From NCBI GenBank assembly GCA_964016885.1, contig OZ024743.1:96844001-96908000 (forward strand): DNA of 64,000 bases, written 5' to 3'. Source of the stretch: Eledone cirrhosa (Eukaryota). Every line of letters begins with the position of its first letter. Positions within the stretch are counted from its first letter, which is position 1. The translations under genes and the position numbers were made by a program. The notes beneath the pieces were generated by a model, which was not told the DNA's origin, did not search any database, and was given only the letters and a program-made list of their open reading frames with translations. Positions 57,348 to 64,000 of this stretch are shown one piece after another.

Positions 57348-57905
57348 GGATACTAGTATTAATAATAAATATGAAGACCAAAATCCAGAGCGGACTCAAT
57401 AAGGGTTGTGTATATATAGGTATATATAAAGCCGTAGAGCAAATATTTATTATTAGCACAGATTAAAATTTTAAGCAAATAATTTCTGCTTTCACCTTAA
57501 GCCAGATCATCTGAAACTGAGAAATATCAATCTATGGATGCAAAAGTAAATGTTTCATAGAAATTAAGACCAACTATTGACTTTAGTAAATAGAAAGACA
57601 TAACAGCTGCACAGAAGGATGTTCTCATGAGGTGAGCAAAATGTATGCAAGGATTCTTGCATTGAAGGAAAATCAAGAAACCAATCAAATGATCCCACTC
57701 AGGGTGAAAGAAACTTTTTGCTTAAACTTTTTTAATCTACAATATATATATATAGGATAATATTACCCACTCTACTACCCAAAGTATCGAGTACTCTGGT
57801 GCGTTATGGTCCACCTGGTTCCTTACCATACTTCCTTTGTTATATATATATATAGTCCCACCCTTGCAAGCAGGGAAAAGCGGACGTAAAATGATGATGA
57901 TGATG

Positions 57906-57937
<32 letters not shown>

Positions 57938-58849
57938 GTATATGTAATGAACGAAGCTTATCAAATATAATGGACACAGCTTTGGTCGTTTTTTCACTCA
58001 CCCAATAATTTAATTAAGCCTGTATCATTAAAATTAATTAGAGTGTACACTTTTATGGTTATCAGTGAGAAAGACGACTTCATTTGGGTAGGAAATTTGA
58101 GATGGCCAGACTGATGTACTATGATTCTGCTTGCGGTGGTTCAAATGGAATCACTATGTGCAGAAATTAGGTAATGTTAGTACGCATTACATAAGTTGAT
58201 AGGAACCTCTTGCTGTCTCTGCTCCCATTTCTACCCCATGTATGCCTATACAAAGTTCTCTTGTTTGATCCCTTGATTTCAACTGCTCCCAGCATGTCAG
58301 TGGCCAGAAGTAAAGTAAACAAAAAGTCAAGAAACTTGTTGAAATTATAAAATAAATGAAACGGAAAAAAAGTATTATGTAAACAAAAACTATAGACTAA
58401 ACGACACTTAAAACATTTTAAAGATCAAAATATCAAAACTTCATTGATATATTCCATACTCATGAGAATATCAAAACTATGCCATGTAAACATAATGTGT
58501 TGATTACCTGCTTCTGCTTATAAATGGCGTTTGGATTTGTTTCCATTTCTCAGACATAAAATTGAGATTTTGCTCATATTTTGATCAGTTTCTAGTCGAG
58601 TATAAATGGTAAATCTCAATCCTCACTGTGATGTGTAACTAAATACTCGTAGACAAATATAAACAAATCTCTTGTTTAACCTCTCCATGAACAAGGGGAT
58701 TGGCCTGACTGTCCTTCATTAAAATGCATCAGTGAAAGAGAAAGACATAAATAAACATTAAAAGACCTTATATACCAAATTCCACTCCAAGGTCTTGGTC
58801 AGCCTTACACTAGGGTAGAAAATCCTAGCCTAATGTGATATGCAGTAGA

Positions 58850-59143
58850 ATCATCATCATCACCGTTTTACGTCCATTATTCCATGCTAGCATGGGTTAG
58901 ACTGGTTGTCCTGTTGTGGGCAGTGCCCGGTCGGCTGACCATGGCTTGCTCATACGGGAACTGATTTTGGCTTGATTTCTACAGCTGGATGCCCTTCCTA
59001 ACACCAACCTCATTTACAGTGAGTGCTGGGTGCTTTTTTTCCGTGGCGCCTACACGTCCACTTTACAGTGTGGGCTGGGTGCTTTTTTGCCGTGGCACCT
59101 CCACGACCACTTCGCAGTGGGAGGGGGTGGGGTATATTGTCTA
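58850..59143 (-). mobile_element. RTE family C 3' UTR fragment
   Basis: Matches 50020-50312. Confidence 0.87.
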
Positions 59144-61299
59144 GAAACTAAAATGCCATGATTGCAAAGTCAACTTCTTAGCTGTACGTTATGTGCTTAT
59201 GGTTGGAATGATGCACAATAAAATGAGTAAGAGGTAGATTGACACAGGTATAATGCTATTTGATATAGATTCACGACAGGAAGAATTAATCATTGTAGCA
59301 AGTCTACACTGAAAGTTATATACACCACAAATAATTGGCTTTCAGAATAATATATTCTTTCTAACTGCCATTTAATGGAGTAATGCATGGTCAAAGTGGA
59401 ATTATATTACAATCTCATTCAGGATTGACAAGAACTGAAGAGTATTGGATAATTTAATGATATATAGAACATAACTTGCTACTTTAGGATATATATTTTT
59501 AATAGTGATTTGAAGAAAACTCAGGAAGCAATCAGGAAATCTGAGTCTCCAACTATGTGTGTTTGGATTACTTGATTTCTTTAAATAATATATATTTATT
59601 TTTATAACATATTTGTTTTCGTACTTATAGCCAATTCAGTTATTGTAGTTTATTATTGTAAACATTCAGCTAGTTTTGATTGAAGAAACAAAGTTAAAAT
59701 TTACCTTTATTGTTACATAAGTAAAACCATATTCTCTGTCTTTCATCTATCAACATATATGCTTTATGAAGCAAGCGGCTAAACACATTAGTTGGTAAAA
59801 TTAGTACTGTTTTTACACATGACCCGACTGGACTACAGCCCAGGGCCTCATAATCCTGGATGTCCCGATTTAACTGTGTATTAAAAATGTAGCTATTATA
59901 CATGATATTGTAAAACATTCCATTCTTTTGTTAAGTTTTGTTACAAATACTAACTTAATGAAATAATTGATAATTTTAGGAAGTCCATTCAAATTCTTCA
60001 TTAACACATTTCTGATTGTATTTCTAACGAAATACTGTTTTAATTAATTTGTGAAGAATTTTAATAGATTTAATAAAATAACTAATTGGACAGTTTCAAG
60101 TGAATTGCTATTAAAAGTATTAAATTACTTATTAATAATTTTAAAACAATTTTTTGTCAGAGGTTTCTTTACCTGCAATTTGTGGTGTGTATTGTGAAAA
60201 GGTTTAGATATTGTACTTCTGCATGCACATCTGTTATTCCATAACTGTATAGTAATTTCTTAATGACTTGTGGTGATGTGAGACATTGTACATAATATAT
60301 AGTGCGGCATATTTTATGACTGGATTTACACTGATAGAATTATTATTTAGTTGTGAGGTCTCTCTCTCTCAATATGTGTATGTATTGCATTAACATTTAA
60401 AGACAAATTTAAATTGTGTAAAAATGTCTGTGTGTATTCTCATTTATTGAATTAACAACTCTTACAAGACAAGATCTGTTTCCTTTTATAAGTATATGCA
60501 CACACAAACACACAGACATATCATCATCATTTTACATCTGCTTTCCATACTGGCATGGGCTTGATGGGCTATCATGTTTTATAATTAGATAAGACACAAG
60601 AGACCTCATCTTGGTCATCCATCCTCTATTTGGCATGGTTTCTATAGTTGGATCTCCTTTTTAACAACAACCTTACAGGGTGGGTTCTCCTAGTACCAGC
60701 ACTATGTCTTTACAGAGTGTACTGCATGCATTTTATCATGGCACCATCACTTGAGAGATTATTATATGCTTGGTCAGATTGAAGAATCCTCTCTACACTT
60801 TATCTTTTCCCTTTGATCGCCAACCACATTACAGAATATACTGAGTGAATTCTATCATGGCATTAACATTGTCTCGGGGCTGGATCAGCAAACTGATGAA
60901 TGTTGATCCAGGAGACAGTAGAGGCCAAGGAAGACCAAAAAGGACTTGGATGGATGATGCCAGTCGGGTTCAATCTAGGCTTCACCTGGCCCAAGTGAGA
61001 TCAGTGAACAGAAACACATGAAATGGAACACTAAGGAGTACTGTCAAGCAGGACACATCACTACTTAGGGATTAATTGTGTCCAGCATAATCAGAAAATG
61101 GATGATGATGATGATGATGTCTACTCAGCACTCCATTGGGGTGGGGTAGCAGTATTGAGGGCATTCTGTTGTAGCACAGGTCATCTTCTCCACTGCAGGC
61201 TAAGTGTCTTTTCTGCTCCATGTAGTCTCCGATACCTCTCTATATTTACTTTAGCATTACAGTACCTGTACTGATAGGTAGGTGTTTTGTAGTATGGCA

Positions 61300-61575
<276 letters not shown>

Positions 61576-61587
61576 ATATAAATAATA

Positions 61588-61782
61588 AGGGTAGTGGATT
61601 GGCAGTATCGGTAGAGAGTCGGACGCCATGCTTTGAAGCATAGAGTTACGTCCCTTTATGATCTGAGTTCAAATCCTGCCGAGGTTAACTTTGCCTTTCA
61701 TCCTTACGGGGTCGATAAAATAAAGTACCTGTAATGTACTGGGTAACTGCTGGCCTTGTGCCAAAAGTAGAAACAATTATTT
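61588..61782 (+). mobile_element. SINE family S2
   Basis: Colinear with 4540-4728. Confidence 0.88.
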
Positions 61783-61784
61783 AT

Positions 61785-62765
61785 ATAATAATAATAATAA
61801 TAATAATGAAATTATTGTGTAAAGTGCTCAGGTGCACTACAACTTGTCAAAGGTGCATGTATAGTACATAGAATAATACACAAATGTCAGGGAAGTGAAT
61901 AGTGTATGAGTCATGGTATACATGTGTGTATGTGTACGGAGGGGGAATATTAGGTTGGCGAATCTCAGGAAGCATGGAGGTTTTAAAGGATCCAGTGTCT
62001 CGACATCTAACAACTGATGCAGGGAGTTTGTTCCATGCTTCAGCAACTCTGAGCGTGAAAAAATGTTTCCGAAAGTCATGGGAACTGTGCTGTTTTCTGA
62101 CTTTGTGGGCATGCCCACGTGTGTTAGACACATGGAATTCAAAAAGGTACTCAGGGTTGCTGTTGGCAAGATGGTTAATCAATTTGTGGGTGTTTACCAA
62201 GTCAGTTGCCAGACGTCAGAGCTTCAATGTATCCATTCCCAAGGAAGCAAGGCGTTCAGAGTATGGTAGATGCCTGATGGAGGGTATTCGCTTGGTTGCA
62301 CGTCTCTGAACAGTTTCCAGGCGGTCAATGTTCTGAGCAAGATAGGGGTTCCAGACTGGTGATGCAAATTCTAAGTGTGGCCGCACCGTAGCCATGTACA
62401 GCTTTAAATAGATAGCTGGAGAGCGGCTGACAAAGGTCTTGCTGAGTGATGCTAAGACACCCTCGACCTTCTTGACAATTTTAGAGACATGCTTCGTCCA
62501 ACGCAAATCGCTGCTGACCGACCGTAATACCCAGGTCACGTTCACGAGAAAACTTCTTGATATTAGTGTTGTGGACGCTGGGTTTTTACTCCCAAAATGC
62601 ATGGTGGTGTACTTGTCAACAGCTAGCTTGAGATGCCAGTCCGTGATCCATTGTTGAATGTGTCCAGGTCAGATTGCAGGCAAGATCTATAGTGTTCAGG
62701 GTCTGTCCTTTTTATTTCAAGGTACTGCTAGATGTCATCTGCATATTTCAGTACTGTGGAATTCT
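61785..62765 (-). mobile_element. Second CR1-clade LINE family, 5'-truncated
   Basis: KYADD, VRPHLEFASPVWNP, LETVQRRATK, TRGH, FFTLRV..WNKLP; (ATT)n tail. Confidence 0.92.
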
Positions 62766-62956
62766 TTAATATATATATATATGTATGTATATCCCCAGTT
62801 CAATCCGTGGTAACCACAGCAAGTAAGGTAATCAATCCATAGCCGAGTATAAATATTTAATATAGAAACAGTTCTAGTCCTGTAGAAGCCATTTCTATCA
62901 TCATCATTTTATGTCCGCTTTTCCCTGCTTATATAGATACATACATATATATATAT

Positions 62957-63002
<46 letters not shown>

Positions 63003-63094
63003 CCAAAAATTAATATGCTTCATTGATTACTCAATGACTACAGTTTTACAATAGATTAAAAGCACTCAACAAGAAAGTTTTCCTGGAGTTTTTA

Positions 63095-63333
63095 ATATTA
63101 TTCAAAATATTAACAAATGAAGATATTCACATAATCAAAATATATGCTTTATTATATATATTTCGAAGGTACTGTGTTGTTTTTTCAGTACATCCTCTTC
63201 AGATAAAATTTTATTTTATTTTATCTGACGAGGACGTACTGAAAAAACAACACAGTACCTTCGAAATATATATAATAAAGCATATATTTTGATTATGTGA
63301 ATATCTTCATTTGTTAATATTTTGAATAATATA
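63095..63333. repeat. Fold-back palindrome, ~115-bp arms, hammerhead H1 in each arm
   Basis: 63095-63209 is the reverse complement of 63219-63333. Confidence 0.92.
63219..63280 (+). ncRNA. Minimal type I hammerhead ribozyme (family H1)
   Basis: ttttat-CTGACGA-ggacgtactg/cagtaccttc-GAAA-tatata-TA-ataaag. The mirror copy on the minus strand has CTGAAGA. Confidence 0.82.
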
Positions 63334-63666
63334 TATGTATATATATATATATACATACATATATATATACACACACACATATATATATATATATATACAT
63401 ACACATACACATACATATAATATATATACACACATATACAAAGCCATATTAATAGTTTGACGTTTTCCTCCATTAATAGTGGTTTTGTTAGATATACGAG
63501 TAAACACATTTGACTCTACTGATACAATCTCATTCAGTGTGAATCTAAAGAGGTAAACATGTTGACACTTAATGAAACTACTGGTAATGCACAAATAAGT
63601 CAATCTGTTATTTCAACTTCTACATGGTATGTTGCAATCACACTTCATTCATTTATAATCACAGTT

Positions 63667-63880
<214 letters not shown>

Positions 63881-64000
63881 AGAAATGTTAGCTATCGCCG
63901 TATTTTGACTAAAGAAATTAAAGAAATTATTAAGACTGATAGTGGGGTTAAGAACCGTCGGAGAAATGGAAAAAGATGAGTATTGACGTATATAATAACT

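Noticed and set aside
57950-60500. Possible host exons in the unique AT-rich block (e.g. ~58110-58171, ~60161-60201)
   Set aside because: Splice-like dinucleotides only; no recognisable protein similarity.

Overview
AT-rich eukaryotic DNA. The repeat content suggests a coleoid cephalopod such as octopus (inference). The only host coding sequence I can support is a 93-nt exon (7504-7596) encoding the end of the RGS domain of an R7-family RGS protein (RGS7/EGL-10-like). A probable terminal exon and 3' UTR end near a polyA signal at ~22521. The rest is a nest of mobile DNA in long (TA)n-type microsatellites. It includes at least three related RTE LINE families with a PHD finger inside the RT region, an RTE with three C-terminal C2H2 fingers, a near full-length CR1-group LINE and a second CR1 family. 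Also present are tRNA-derived SINEs sharing parts with the RTEs, TTAA-flanked MITEs, two decayed Tc1/mariner transposases and a Penelope-like GIY-YIG fragment. The most striking unexplained signal is a dense set of minimal type I hammerhead ribozyme motifs from several sequence families. Most lie in fold-back palindromes or tandem repeats resembling Penelope pseudo-LTRs, and one has a U3-A8 compensated core. The YIYI-type ORFs are microsatellite artefacts. Repeat boundaries are read by eye and approximate.
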